Shown piece after piece: positions 40,485 to 55,283 of a DNA stretch of 64,000 bases. The notes beneath the pieces were generated by a model. That model was not told the DNA's origin. It worked only from the letters and a program-made list of their open reading frames with translations, and did not search any database. A program made the translations under genes and the position numbers. Within the stretch, counting starts at the first letter, position 1; each line of letters starts with the position of its first letter. This DNA is from Octopus sinensis (taxonomy: Eukaryota): positions 131,192,001-131,256,000 of the forward strand of contig NC_042997.1 of NCBI RefSeq assembly GCF_006345805.1, given 5' to 3'.

Positions 40485-41213
40485 TGTATGTATTATTTTA
40501 TTTGTTTCAGTCATTTGATTGCGGCCATGCTGGAGCACCGCCTTTAGTCGAGCAAATCAACTCCAGGACTTATTCTTTGTAAGCCTAGTACTTATTCTAT
40601 CAGACTCTCTTGCCGAACCGCTAAGTTACGGGGACGTAAACACTCTAGCATCGGTTGTCAAGCGATGTTGGGGGACAAACACAGGCACACAAACATACAC
40701 ACACAGACAGACATACACACACACACACACACAACACACACACACATACATAACACACTGTGGGTTGTATTAGGTATGTATGTATGTAGTAATGTAATGT
40801 GTGTGTGTGTGTGTGTGTGTATATGTATGTATGTATGTATGTATGTGTTTGTGTGTATGATTAAATGTGTTTATGTGACGGCATATGATTTTGGCGGTTT
40901 CAATGGGGAAAGCAATGCTTGTCATCACCACTAATGAAGAAAACAAAGAAAGAATGGAGTGGGTAATTTCGAAGAACACATTTTTCATGCAGAATTTAAG
41001 CGAGCTGCATGAAAGCGCTTCGCCAATGTAGTGAATGCGAACCACAGATGTAGAGTATAAATTTTGTCTTAGGACACCATGTTCTTAATGGTCAGTGATG
41101 GTCTTCCTCGTTTACGGGTGGAAAGCTATCAAGTAATATACGTACGTAAGAACATATAACATAAATATGAGTTTATCGTAATTCCTTTTTCTCTTTATCT
41201 GTATATTATTTAC

Positions 41214-41706
<493 letters not shown>

Positions 41707-42109
41707 TGTGTATGTATGCGTGTGTGCGCGCGCACAGCTGTACACATATGCTTGTGTATGTATGCTTAAATAGATATGTAGATGTTTATATAGGTATGCA
41801 CCAAAGTATGTGCATATATGTATAAGTGTATATGTGGGTGTATGTATACACACACACGTATGCATACATAAATGCATATATGTAGACATCTGCATGTGGA
41901 TACACATGTTTTCGTTCATGTACGTGCTTGCCTATATTTTTGTGTATCACTGTATACACACAGACACACATATACAATGTATGTGCGTATCAACGTATGT
42001 ATATTAACGACTATTTATATGCGCATGTACATATTCATGCATGTGCATATAACCACACGCGCACGTTTATGTATAACCAAGTATGTATGTGTTTGTTACA
42101 TATCCTTTC

Positions 42110-42902
42110 TCCTATAGGTACAAGACTCGAAATTTGAGGAGGTGGACTAGTGAATATTCAACTGGTATTTCTTTTATCAATCCCGAATGAAAGGCAAGTG
42201 GACCTCAACGTAATTTGAAATCCGGACTCAAAAGTCGGATGAAACGCCGCTGAGCATTTTATCTCGGGTGCTAACGATTGTGTCAGCTCGCAGCCATTGT
42301 ACTTGTTATATATACTGATATATATTTTCTACTCTAAGCACAAGGCCCGAAATTTTTGGGAAGGGGGCCAGTCGATTAGATCAACCCCAGTACGTAACTG
42401 GTACTTAATTTATCGACCCTGAAATGATGAAAGGTAAAGTCGACCTCGGCGGAATTTGAACTCAGAACATAAAGACAGACGAAATACCTATTTCTTTACT
42501 ACCCACAAGGGCTAAACACAGAGAGGACAAACAAGGACCCAGTGCGTAACTGGTACTTATTTAATCGACCTAGAAAGGATGAAAGGCAAAGTCAACCTCG
42601 GCGGAATTTGAACTCAGAACGTAACGGCAGACGAAATACCGCTAAGCATTTCGCCCGGCGTGCTAACGTTTCTTATTTCTTTACTGCCCACAAGGGGCTA
42701 AACACAGAGAAGACAAACAAAGACAGACAAAATGATTAATTCGATTACAACGACCCCACTATGTAACCGGTACTTAATTTATCGACCCCGAAAGGATGAA
42801 AGGCAAAGTCGACCTCAGCGGAATTTGAACTCAGAACGTAAAGACAGACGAAATAACGCTAAGCACTTCACCCGGCGTGCTAACGTTTCTGCCAGCTCGC
42901 CC
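42110..42902 (-). mobile_element. Tandem or nested array of four SINE units
   Basis: Tail-into-head junctions at 42490 (AGGTATTTCG) and 42675 (AAGAAACGTTAGCAC). Confidence 0.9.
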
Positions 42903-43237
42903 TCATATATATACTGATATATTGATGAAGGACTCTATGTAAGTCTGTATACTTATTCGTACGTTTGTATGCACTCATGCAGGCGCGCGTGCGTACGTCA
43001 GGCAGTGAACTGGCAAAGTCATTAGAGCGTCGGATAGAATACCTTGCGGTTATGTTCCGGCTCTTTACTCTCTGACGGCAACGCCTATGACACCATATTG
43101 GCCTCGGCTTACTCTTGGAAAATATCGGTGAGGTCGGGATCAGAGACTTGCATGCATGGCCAACTGCTGCTCTTCCATGAAACCATTATCAAGGCCTGCG
43201 CCTTGGAGAGGAAATATCCGCTACAGATTCAGTCTCA

Positions 43238-43384
<147 letters not shown>

Positions 43385-44202
43385 CTACAGACAGACATAC
43401 ATACTTTTATGTATGAGTATGAATATGTCTATGTAGATATATACGTGTACACAGTTATGTGTGTGTGTGTCTATGTGGGTCTATGTGTATGTGTCTATGT
43501 GGGTCTATGTCTGTGTGGGTCTATGTGTGTGTGTCTATGTGGGTCCATGTGTGTGTGTCTATGTGGGTCTGTGTGAGTGTGTCTATGTGGGTCTCTGTGT
43601 GTGTGTCTATGTGGATCTCTGTGTGTGTGTGTGTGTCTATGTAGATCTGTGTGTGTGTGTCTATGTGGGTCTGTGTGCGTGTCTATGTGGGTCTGTATGT
43701 GCGTGTCTGTGTGTATGTGAGTGTGTATTTATTTATGTCTATGTCTGTCTGTCTCTCTGCCTATCTATTGTGTTTGTATGTGTGTGTTTGTGTATGTGAA
43801 TATGTATGCCATTTCCATTGATTACTTGGATTCCTCCTTTAAGGAAGGAGTTGGTTTCTAACAAAGTCCCATTGCTGGGAGCTTATGCATAAAAGTGTAT
43901 GCAACCCAATTTTTCTCCTTTGCCTGAAAATCTTAACTTTTGCAGATTGTCGCTAGCCAAACGTACAATGATTATTGGAATATAAGTGAATTCACTCCCA
44001 GAGTGCATATGCTGTATGCTTCGAAGCAGTCGTCCTTTTCCTTCTTGTTCATATGGAAGAAAGGTTCACATCTTCTGGACAGCTGACTTCTATTATTGCG
44101 TACGAATTTTCTTTCCTGTCTCAAATAACTATTATCAGGCCTATAATGTTTGCACTCGGCTCCACTTTTGATGAGATTGCTTCACTGATATGTATGTATT
44201 TG

Positions 44203-44246
<44 letters not shown>

Positions 44247-44444
44247 GCTTCCAACCAGGACTTTCGCGTGTGTCTTTATTTCTCTATCACTATATATGTT
44301 TCCCATTCTCTACCCGTATCTCTCCAATGCTCACTCTTGGGCTACCCATTTTTTATCCCCTTTCTTCCCTCTTTCAATCAATCCCAATCCCCAACACTTT
44401 TATCTGAATGTTACACGCGCACAATATATATAATATATATATCT

Positions 44445-44493
<49 letters not shown>

Positions 44494-44530
44494 TATATAC
44501 ATATTATATATATAATAATATATATAATAC

Positions 44531-44575
<45 letters not shown>

Positions 44576-44576
44576 T

Positions 44577-44622
<46 letters not shown>

Positions 44623-44800
44623 CTATAACACACCACACACATATTATATATATATATATAATATATACACCACACACACACATATATATATATATAATAT
44701 ATATATATTATAAATAATGAGGGAGATAAATTATATTATTTTGATCGTTGATGATATATTTCTAGCATATGGCCGACTACCTAGCAGTCTTGCCCTGCCA

Positions 44801-44851
<51 letters not shown>

Positions 44852-44951
44852 CACATACATATTGTATAAAAGATCGTGGATAAGGCCAAAACAATGCGAA
44901 GTAAATGCAAGGTAAATCACCAGAAAACAAATATGTGAATTACCTTGTATT

Positions 44952-45051
44952 CAATATTTTGGTGTTATGACCCCCTTTTCAAGAAATTGACGTATGATAC
45001 CGGCAACATTCGTCAATTTCTTGAAAAGGAGGTCGTAACCCCGATATATTG
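44952..45051. repeat. 41-bp-arm hairpin; each arm is a hammerhead-like motif with a U3-A8 core
   Basis: Arms 44952-44992 and 45011-45051; consensus TTC-TTGAAAA-G-GGGGT[CRTA]ACCCC-GAAA-TA-T-T-GAAT. Confidence 0.6.
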
Positions 45052-45342
45052 ATTTAAATAACTGCTCATTCAGTTATATATATTGATTTAAATAACTCTT
45101 TAGTATTATATACTATAAAATATCAAAGTTTCGTCGCACGTCTATAACCAAGAAATATATAACATTTTACTGGGTCTCAAAATTGTGTGAATGAGGAAAC
45201 TTTGTGACATTTGCCAGTAGTTGATATTATGAAGGAATAAACGAAATTGAATATAACTGTTTTATATGTTTTATCGTTTTTAAATGTTTACTGTGATTCT
45301 TTCGCAGCGTAATATTTCAGTCTCAACTCAATCTCAGAAACC

Positions 45343-45770
45343 GATTTCTTTACTACCCACAAGGGGCTAAACACAGAGGGGACAAACAAGGACAGACAAA
45401 CGGATTAAGTCGATTACATCGACCCCAGTGCGTAACTGGTACTTATTTGATCGACCCCGAAAGGATGAAAGGCAAAGTCGACCTCGGCGGAATTTGAACT
45501 CAGAACGTAGAGGCAGACGAAATACTGCTAAGCATTTCGCTCGGCGTGCTAACGTTTCTGCCAGCGATCACCTTGTTTCCCAATATCGGTTTCAAGTTTT
45601 GGCTCAAGGCAAGAAGTTCGGGTGAGGGATTAAGTCGATTTCGTCAACCCTAGTTCTCATTCAACTGGTACTTATTTTATGGACCCCGAAAGGACAAAAG
45701 GTAAAGTCGGCCTCGGCGGAATTTGAACTCATAACATAAAGACGGACGATTCTGCCAGGTCGCTGCCTTG
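45343..45770 (-). mobile_element. Two adjacent SINEs (long-tail and short-tail types)
   Basis: Central domain present twice; long tail at 45343-45405. Confidence 0.85.
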
Positions 45771-48153
45771 TGTCCCAATATTGTTATCATTAATAACTTG
45801 TCATTCACAGACAAACTAACAACATTTCGCACGGCATAAGCTTCACTGTTCGCTCTTCATCATTCAGCCACCAACGAATTAGATACTGCAGGTTTTATCT
45901 CGTTTGTTTTCACGGTTGATTACTTGGTTCAATGTCTGCTCTAATGCGATCAGTAATCTCCAAACCCCACAAAATCTATTTTTTAGCTTTTATTTTTATG
46001 AAATTTTGCTTTGCTTTGTTAGCAAATTATTTGAATATTAATTCTTCAGCTTAGCTCTAAGCAGCATATCATATGTTTACTGGGCGAGCTATAAATGCTA
46101 TTAAAACCGCAATCTGTTGAACGTAAAGCAAAATACGATAGAAATATATGAGTTTCAATTGTTGGTACCAGGCCAGCAATATCGGGGGAAAGGGTAAGTC
46201 AATTACATCGATTCCAGTGCTTAACTGGTACTTATTTCATCGACCCCGAAAGGATGAATGGCAAAGTAGATCTTGGTGGAATTTGAACCCAGAAAGCAAA
46301 GACGGTCGAAATGCCGCTAAACATTTTACCAGGGGTGTTAATGATTCTGGCAGCTCCGCTATCTTACAGCAGAAATACATTCGCACACGAAAAGGAACAG
46401 AATTTTCTTTCTGATATTTGTGACTGTAAAAGTTATTATCGTTAAATATATCTATTCTTTAATTCTTTCAATGGTTCAGTCGTAGGACTACGGACATACT
46501 GGAATACCACCTTAATTTTCTTTCAATTTTGTTGCTGCTTTATGGCTGGAATTTGGTTTATAACTAAGTTTGTAGCAACTGATTTTCCCTGAGTATATCT
46601 TTTAATAAATAGTTGGCTGGTCCGAGATCATTGTTAGGAGCTTATTCAATATTTCATCAGAGGCCCCTTTCATATTTCTGATGCCAAGAATTTTGGAGAA
46701 ATATACTTGATCGTATCGACCTAAGAACTTGACTAGTATTCTATGGTCATGGCTAGAACGTCTTTGATAGTAAGCCTGTTTTATTGTTTGATGATAGTTG
46801 ACTTCAGTGTCGTAACTGGACTACTCTAAACACATCCCTGCTACGCTATGAGTTGACTTGGAGTTAAACAACAACAGCATTTCAGACTTCCAGTCTATGC
46901 ACTACAAGACACTATCTGTTCTGTCTTCTTGTACTGTCTTAGCTATGCACTTAATATTACACCATCTGTGTTTACTTTTCAAGAGAATAACAGACCCGAG
47001 TCAAGGAAAATTGACATCGATAGACTAAACCAATGTTTCTCATAGAATGGGCAAAATCCGATGCATGAAGGGGGCCGTGAGGATTGAAAATGGAGTAGAC
47101 AAATTGTCATTCTTTTATTTTTTAAATTCTTTTACTCGTTGCAGTCACTGGACTGTGACCATGCTGGGGCAACACATTGAAATGATTTAATTGGACAAAT
47201 CGACTCAAGTAATTATTTTTTTGAAAAGTTTATTCTATTGGTCTCTTTTGCCGAATTGCTAGTTGCATGAACGTAAACAAACCAATACCAGTTATCAAGT
47301 AGTGTGAGGACCAGCACACACACACACTCTCTCTCTCTCTCTCTCACACACGCCCACACACACACACACACACACATTATCTTCGCAATTATAGTACATG
47401 CATTGCAATGTGATTTGATAGGGGTTATAGTTAGGCGCAGTACGTCTGAAATAGTAAAAAAGGGGTAACATAAAACTGAATTCTGGATTTCAGCAGCCCG
47501 TTTTAGAGGGCATACAGTTTCGATCAACTATGTCATCTCTGTACACAATCATTATCATCATCACCATCATAATCATCACCGTCGACATCAGCATCATCGT
47601 CATCATTATCGTTATCCTTCCTCTTCTCTTCACCATAGTCACATCAACATCGCCACCACTTCCGTCGCCACCATCCTCGCCGAATTTAGAACATAAAAAC
47701 GGACGAAATGCCGCTAAGCATATTGTGAGGCGTGCTAACAATTCTGCCAGATCCGCCGCCTTAATAATAACGACAATAATTTCGGGTCTTACTCCGCAGT
47801 TATTTAACAATTTTGACAGAATCAACTGAACATCATGCTCACAAGGGATAATGTTGCTTAAGAGGTCAACCATATCAGATAATGAATTTTCCCTTCAGTA
47901 TTCAGTAACATCACGGGCTTTCCTAATCTCACTTTATCTGACTTAAAAAGAAAAGAGAAACGAAAGACAAGCGCAAAACAAATCGAAAGAAGATTTTTTC
48001 TTCAGTTGGAAACTACTTTTTTTAAAATTCGGAATGAAGAAGCAATTACTTGACATATTTTGATCTACTAAAATGCTTTTTGTATTAAAAGTTTCGGTCC
48101 ATTCTTTAAGAATTTCTGTAAAAAAATAATTACGTCTGTCACACTACAATTCT

Positions 48154-48438
48154 TATTTCTTTATTGCCCACAAGAGGGGACAAACAAGGACAGACAAACG
48201 GATTAAATCAATTACATCGACCCCAGTGTGTAACTGGTACTTAATTTATCGACCCCGAAAAGATGAAAGGTAAAGTCGACCTCGGCGGAATTTGAACTCA
48301 GAACATAACGGCAGACGAAATACCGATAAGCATTTAAAATATCTTACTCAAGAACACAATACAGCCTGGTCCAAGAATCGAACTCATTGCCTCATGATTG
48401 TATGCCCGACGCTCTAGCCACTGAGCAATGCGCTTTAC
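48154..48438 (-). mobile_element. Chimeric SINE insertion with a perfect 16-bp TSD
   Basis: GTCACACTACAATTCT at 48138-48153 and 48439-48454; the insert is the tRNA head of one SINE family fused to the body and long tail of another. Confidence 0.85.
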
Positions 48439-48706
48439 GTCACACTACAATTCTACTTTTAAAGATGATTTTATTTATTTTAGTGTTTTCTACTTTACGC
48501 AATGGCGGTGGATTGGCAGAATTGTAGAACGTCGGAGATCTTTTTTTTTCTGCTTCAATATGTCCTCAGCTCAAATCCCACTGAAATCATCTTTGATCTT
48601 CATCCCTCCGAGATCGATTAAATGAACTACCAGTCAAGCACTGCGGTTAATTTCTTTGAGACCTTTTGCCGATTCAAAAAAAAAAATCAATATTTTATAC
48701 GACCTT

Positions 48707-49154
48707 TGGTGGCGAGCTGGCAGAAACGTTAGTACTCCGGGCGAAATGCGTAGCCGTATTTCGTCTGCCGTTACGTTCTGAGTTCAAATTCCGCCGAGGT
48801 CGACTTTGCCTTTCATCCTTTCGGAGTCGATTAAATAAGTACCAGTTACGCACTGGGGTCGATGTAATCGACTTAAACCGTTTGTCTGCCCTTGTTTGTC
48901 CACTCTATGTTTAGCCTCTTGTGGGTAGTAAAGAAACAAGCATTTCGTCTGCCGCTACGTTCTGAGTTCAAATTCCGCCGAGGTCGACTTTGCCTTTCAT
49001 CTTTTTGGGGTTGATTAAATAAGTACCAGTTACGCACTGGGGTCGATGTAATCGACTTAATCCATTTGTCTGTCCTTGTTTCTCCCCTCTGTGTTTAGCC
49101 CCTTGTGGGTAGTAAAGAAATAGGTGGCGAGCTGGCAAAATCGTCAGCACGCCG
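48707..49154 (+). mobile_element. Tandem long-tail SINE array
   Basis: Two long-tail units plus the start of a third head (49123-49154), which is interrupted by the ORF1 element. Confidence 0.9.
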
Positions 49155-50792
49155 TGTTTGATGCTTCGTGTTTTTTTCCGTCTGTATAAGTTGAATGGTT
49201 AAAGGCTATATTTGTTTTTGTTTAATTGTTTTGGATTTTTGCTGTTCGCAGCGGTGGTGTTTTTGAAAAATGGCAAGGAGGAACAGGTATTCTGACCTCA
49301 GTGAGTCGGACCTGTCGACTTCGGAGGATGACTGGCGAGAGCGGTCAACAGGCTAGATATGGCGTTAGAAGGGAAAATGAATTACGCAGGAGTAATGAAG
49401 GCAACAAGCAAAAAGGTTGACCGGCAAAAGGTTACCAGACGGCCAAAAATGGGTGAAGAAGGTAGGCGATGACGTGGAGTTGTCTCCGCCAAGGAAAACA
49501 ATAAAAAATTTTGAAAGGAATACCATAACGTACAAGGTGTTTGCAACAGATAAAAGAAAAATGGAAACAGTTGGAATAGAAACCGTGGAGGAGGCATTAC
49601 GAACAACAGCAGAAAAAATAATATTCCTGACAAGAGGGAATAAGTTCGGTACTGTCGTTGTACAGTTCGAATCAGAGGCAGTCGCTAGGAGGATGGCAGC
49701 AAGGACTATCAAGACAGAAAAAGTAGACCTTCTGCCCTCGTATCCGGGAAGGAAGACGTCCAGAATCAGGGTGGAAGGAATCCCACCCGACATAGAAGCT
49801 GAATGCGTAGTGGCAGCCATCGTCATTGATAATGAGGATAAGGTGAACATACTAAAGGCCACAATTACGGATGAAGGCAACTGGAAAGGAGGAGTATTAG
49901 AGATGAGCGTCCAAGTGGAAACTGAAGTTCTGGAACGCTTAACAGAAGTAATCACGATGGGAGACATAAGTCTACGAGTATGGGTGGAGGGCAGAGCTCC
50001 TCGATGTTTTAAATGTGCCCTGAAAGGCCACATAAGAGCTAACTGCCCTCCACCAGTGAAGGAACCAACGAAGGAGCCCGTGGAAGATATAGAAGGTACC
50101 CGCAAGAGGAACAGAGGGAGGCAGAGGAGGAAAAGAGGGAAGATCAAGCAGAATGGAAAACCAATGGTAAAAGGAAGAAGAGAAAAAGAAAGAAGGCAAG
50201 TTATAATGAACCTCAATCCACCCCAGCACCACCCACGCCCCTCTTCGTCCCACACTTCCCCTGCAGACACAAAACCTACCCACTCCCCACCAACAAGAAA
50301 AAAAAAAGCAGGCACACAGAACAACTTACAAAATTCCCCTCCCGTAATGCCCGTTATAGGTTTATTGGACGAGGAAGACGAGGACCTGCTGGAAATATTG
50401 AGGGACTGGGGTGAAGTTGAATTGCTGGATAGTTGGGATGAGGAGGGTTGTATGGAGGTGCTTTTAACGGGGAAACAAGTGCAAGAACTTGAAAATGAAC
50501 TGAACAATGTTTTTGCGTTAATAAGAAAGGATATAGCCCCGGACTGGAAAAAAACTAGAAAAACGGTACGGGGTGAAAATATGGGATTATGTATTGTTCG
50601 GAAGATTTTAAGAAGAGGACATAGGAAAAGAGGACAGATAAGCGATGTTATCTGATGGGGCAGGTAACATCACTTTCATCGTTCATTTTCACCCTCTCAT
50701 TTTTATCATACGTTTGTTTTTGTATTTTTATTGTCCCCAATGTGTTGTTTGTTTCTTATCTTCGTCAGCCCGTCCTGGGTAATAAAGAAATT
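49155..50792 (+). mobile_element. ORF1-only non-LTR retroelement (HAL1-like, L1/Tx1-type)
   Basis: Splits a SINE head; TSD AAAATCGTCAGCACGCCG (49137-49154) and AGAATCGTTAGCACGCCG (50793-50810); single ORF1; 137-bp 3' UTR ending GGGTAATAAAGAAAT; no ORF2. Confidence 0.8.
49270..50655 (+). CDS. LINE ORF1p-like nucleic-acid-binding protein (about 461 aa after repairing two compensating frameshifts; 412 codons open from 49417)
   Basis: NYAGVMK (SYAxV-like) motif; RRM-like TVVVQFES; RIRVEGIPPDI; LRVWVEGRAPR-CFKCALKGHIRANC (CX2CX4HX4C, 50005-50046); basic linker; acidic C-terminal segment. ATG 49270 is in frame with 49417, with a shifted segment at about 49350-49415. Confidence 0.8.
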
Positions 50793-50982
50793 AGAATCGT
50801 TAGCACGCCGGGCAAAATGCCTAACGCTATTTCGTCCGTCTTTCTGCTACGAGTTCAAACTCTGTCGAGGTCGACTTAGCTTTTCATCCTTTTCGCGTTG
50901 CTAAAATAAGTACCAGTTGAATACAGGGATCGATATAATAGACTTACCTCTTCCCCTAGTACAAAAAGATTCAAACCAATAT
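50793..50982 (+). mobile_element. Downstream half of the host SINE interrupted by the ORF1 element
   Basis: Continues the head (GAATCGTTAGCACGCCGGGC), B-box, central domain and short tail. Confidence 0.85.
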
Positions 50983-52858
50983 TTTATACGGTCTTTTACC
51001 TAAGCGGGCCGTGTTCGATTCTCGGAATGGAAACGCTACAATTTTAGGCGCAGGAATGGCATGACATGGCTGAGATTAATCACTTGATTTCTGGTTTAGT
51101 TCCACTACACTGCACTTTGAGCGCGTACATTTTGCTCTAGCCCCGGGCTGATTAAGGCCTTGCAAGTGAATTTCATTGACAGGAACTTTGGAAGCTCGTC
51201 GTGTGTGTGTGTGTGTGTTACGCGTGTGTGTCCCCGTTTCACCGCTTGACATCCTCTGTTGGGTTGTTTGCATCCCCGTAATCCAGCGGTTTAGCAAAAG
51301 TCATTGATAAAATAAGCACAAGATTTTTTTTTTTAAATAAGCACTAGGGTTGATATATTCTACATTATTCTTTTATTCGTTTATACGTTCCAGCCCTAAA
51401 GCTGTGCCCATGCTGGAGCACCAAAATTTGAAAAAAAATGTTTTTTTGTTTTTAGGCGGTAAGTTACGATTTGATGGCAGTTTAGTTGCTATTTCTAATG
51501 TGTAGGGCGTCTCTGAAGTGGCTCGATAATTGGCTCAAGTCTTTATTTCCACAACTGTGTCATAAAACGATGTTAACCTTGTTAGCTCACTCCTCTATGA
51601 TTATTTAACCATCAACGTTTGGTTCTCTTTTATTATCCAGTTCATTTTAATAGACATTTCGTCGTCTGCGTGTTTGTCTGTCTGACTATCTCACTGTCTC
51701 TACCCCTCTCTCCCTTTTCTCTCTCAAATTTCCCTCTCTCCAACACATTCTCACCGCCTTTTATTATTATTATTATTATTATTATTTTGCTTTGTTCTTC
51801 GTCGGTAATAAAATCCGGTGTTTGTATGCTTATGTCAGTGTGAACATAAAATGGAAAGCCAAAAAAAAAAAAAAAAATCCGTTATTTTCAATCAAACGCA
51901 AAAGCGTGTTTGCGAATGCCGGGAGAAACGAGACTTTCGGAAACTGAAGATAACTTTGAAAATTACCAGGCCGATTCCACCACCACCACCACCACCATCA
52001 GCCAACCCGAACTTTCACCCCTCCCCTACTATGTACAACTTGGGGGAGTTTGCAGTGCTCTAATTATTCCGACGTTTACCACCAGTCTCTCTTTCTCTCT
52101 GTCTTTCTGTCGCCCCTCTCTCCCCTTCTCTCTCACACACATACTCACATGCACAAACACACACACACACACACATATATATATACATACATATATATAC
52201 ACACACACACACGTATACACACACACACACATACACATATATATATATTATATGTATACATATACACACACCTCTGTTTTGTAGTGTTATGTTAGCTTAC
52301 TCGGCATGTTAAACTGCTGAAGAAGAAAAAAAAAAAGAAAACTAGAAAAGCAGCACGTACCCCACCTATCACACCCCCAACACATATAACTCTAATAAAG
52401 TAAAAACAAAACAACAAACCAAACAAACAAACCAACAACAAGAAAACACATCAGTTAACAGTCGTCCTCTCTGCTTCAGGCTCCTAATTCTAAAAGGGAG
52501 ATACCCTGACACCCTTATTTCGCTCATATATACATATACCATGACTTCTGTTCAGGTGCTGCACGTTAGCAACGACTTGCTAGGCCAAAACTGAGTTACA
52601 CTGGGGATATTTAATTACAAAAACAAAAGGATAAAAAAAAAAGAGACTGTGTGTGACGCCTGGATTTGATCTTACAATCCTCTTATATATTGTTTACGTT
52701 TGTAAAAAATTAAATTTTCTTTTATATTGCCTTCGATAATTATGCCGGGTTGGAAACCAAACTGTTTCCGGACTTCTATAAACGAAGGTAAGTCAATTAA
52801 CATTTTCTAAACGCAGAATATTAAATAATGTATACGTACATACATACGTACACATACA

Positions 52859-52921
<63 letters not shown>

Positions 52922-53749
52922 GTCTGTCTGTCTGTCTGTCTGTCTATTTGTCAGTCTGTCTCTTTATCTATCTGTCTGTCTGTCTCTTTATCTATCTGTC
53001 TGTCTGTCTCTTTATCTATCTGTCTGTCTGTCTATTTGCCTGTCTATCTATCTATTTATCTGTCACTCTATCTATCTGTCTGTCTGTCTAAATATTCTAT
53101 ATGCAAGATGCACACATACATATATGTATGAATATCAGGCTTTTGTATGCACACACATATATATACATGCATGATACTTACCAAGTTTTTTTAAGCGCAA
53201 TAATGCACAAACCGTGAACTAAACTTTCGGCCCTCGAGTCACTTTCGTAACTTTCTACTGATTAAAAATAATAAAAATATATTAACTCACGTATTGAATC
53301 CTATTTTTCCTGTTCTTCAACCCCACATCATTCACACAAAGTACATGTATGTGTGTGTGTGTGTTTGTGTACATGTATCACCACAAATTTGGCTGATGTC
53401 GACTTGATCTTTCATCTGTCAATAAAAACTAATAAAATACTGTGATTGATCTAATTGACAAAATCAGTTCGTTATTGATCAGACAAAACCAGTCTCCCCT
53501 CTCCCCGCCTACCAAATTTGGCAGCTTGGGCCAACATTACAAATCAATATGTACCAATGGAAGTTAGCAGAATTTTACTTGTTATTTTCGATGTAATCGT
53601 TATGTATTTTCATATCTAAAACATATATATCAATGTATAAACACTAAAACACATAGCATTTATTTAAGCACACTTGGATATGTTTGTGTACGTACGCATG
53701 CAAGTATGTATGTATGTATGTATGTATGTATGTATGTATGTGTGTATGT

Positions 53750-53793
<44 letters not shown>

Positions 53794-53943
53794 ATACGTA
53801 TATTCATTTATACATGCTAACGTACATACATATATACATGTACAGACACATATACATACATACACAACAGTAAATGAATGTGTATACATACACACATGTG
53901 TGTATATATGCTGATGTATGTGAGTATATATATATAATATATT

Positions 53944-53975
<32 letters not shown>

Positions 53976-54017
53976 TGTATGTATGCATAAGCCGTAGTGT
54001 ACATAGATATATACATG

Positions 54018-54077
<60 letters not shown>

Positions 54078-54152
54078 GATAGAAATGGTGAAACAACAAA
54101 AGAATGAAAGAGACCTCGATATTATGTAAATAGAGGAATTTATCTGTAAATG

Positions 54153-54218
<66 letters not shown>

Positions 54219-54619
54219 ATCTATCTATCTATCTATCTATCTGCATAAATATATGGATGTATATACATATAAACATACACATAAACACGTATACATGCAC
54301 ATATATACACATACATACCAACAAAAATATAGTTACAAATACACAAACATGCTAGCGTAAACGTACAAATACATACAAACACAAGTGAGTCTGTGTCTGT
54401 ATATAGTATTTCTGTAAGTGGATAATACATATATGTTTGGTGCAATATATGTATATGCACGTTTGTGTGTGTATTGAGTTGTGGAGAACATAAAGCTGTA
54501 TACAATTTCACAGCTTCGTAACGGGACCCGGCACACTTATTGTATTGCTACACCGCATGGTTGAAACACATATTTATATACTGCAAGCCTTCTATAACAT
54601 GTATATATCTATGTACACC

Positions 54620-54678
54620 ACGCTTATACATACATACATACATACATACATACATACATACATACATACATACATACA

Positions 54679-54710
<32 letters not shown>

Positions 54711-55251
54711 AATATATATATTCATACATACATACATACATATAAATATATATATTCATACATACATACATACATACATATAAATATATATATTCATACA
54801 TACATACATACATATAAATATATATATTCATACATACATACATACATACATATAAATATATATATTCATACATACATACATACATACATATAAATATATA
54901 TATACATACATACATACATACATATAATATATATATATATATACATACATACATACATACATATAAATATATATATACATACATACATACATATAAATAT
55001 ATATATACATACATACATACATACATATAAATATAAACATACATACATATAAATATTTATACATACATACATACATACATATAAATATATATATATATAT
55101 ATGCATACATACATACATATAAATATATGTACATACATACATACATACATATAAATATATATACATACATACATACATACATATAAATATATATACATAC
55201 ATACATTTAAATATATGTACATACATACATACATATAAATATATATATACA

Positions 55252-55283
<32 letters not shown>

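Noticed and set aside
49365-50507. 380-aa minus-strand ORF
   Set aside because: Antisense shadow of the purine-rich ORF1 with no domain motifs.
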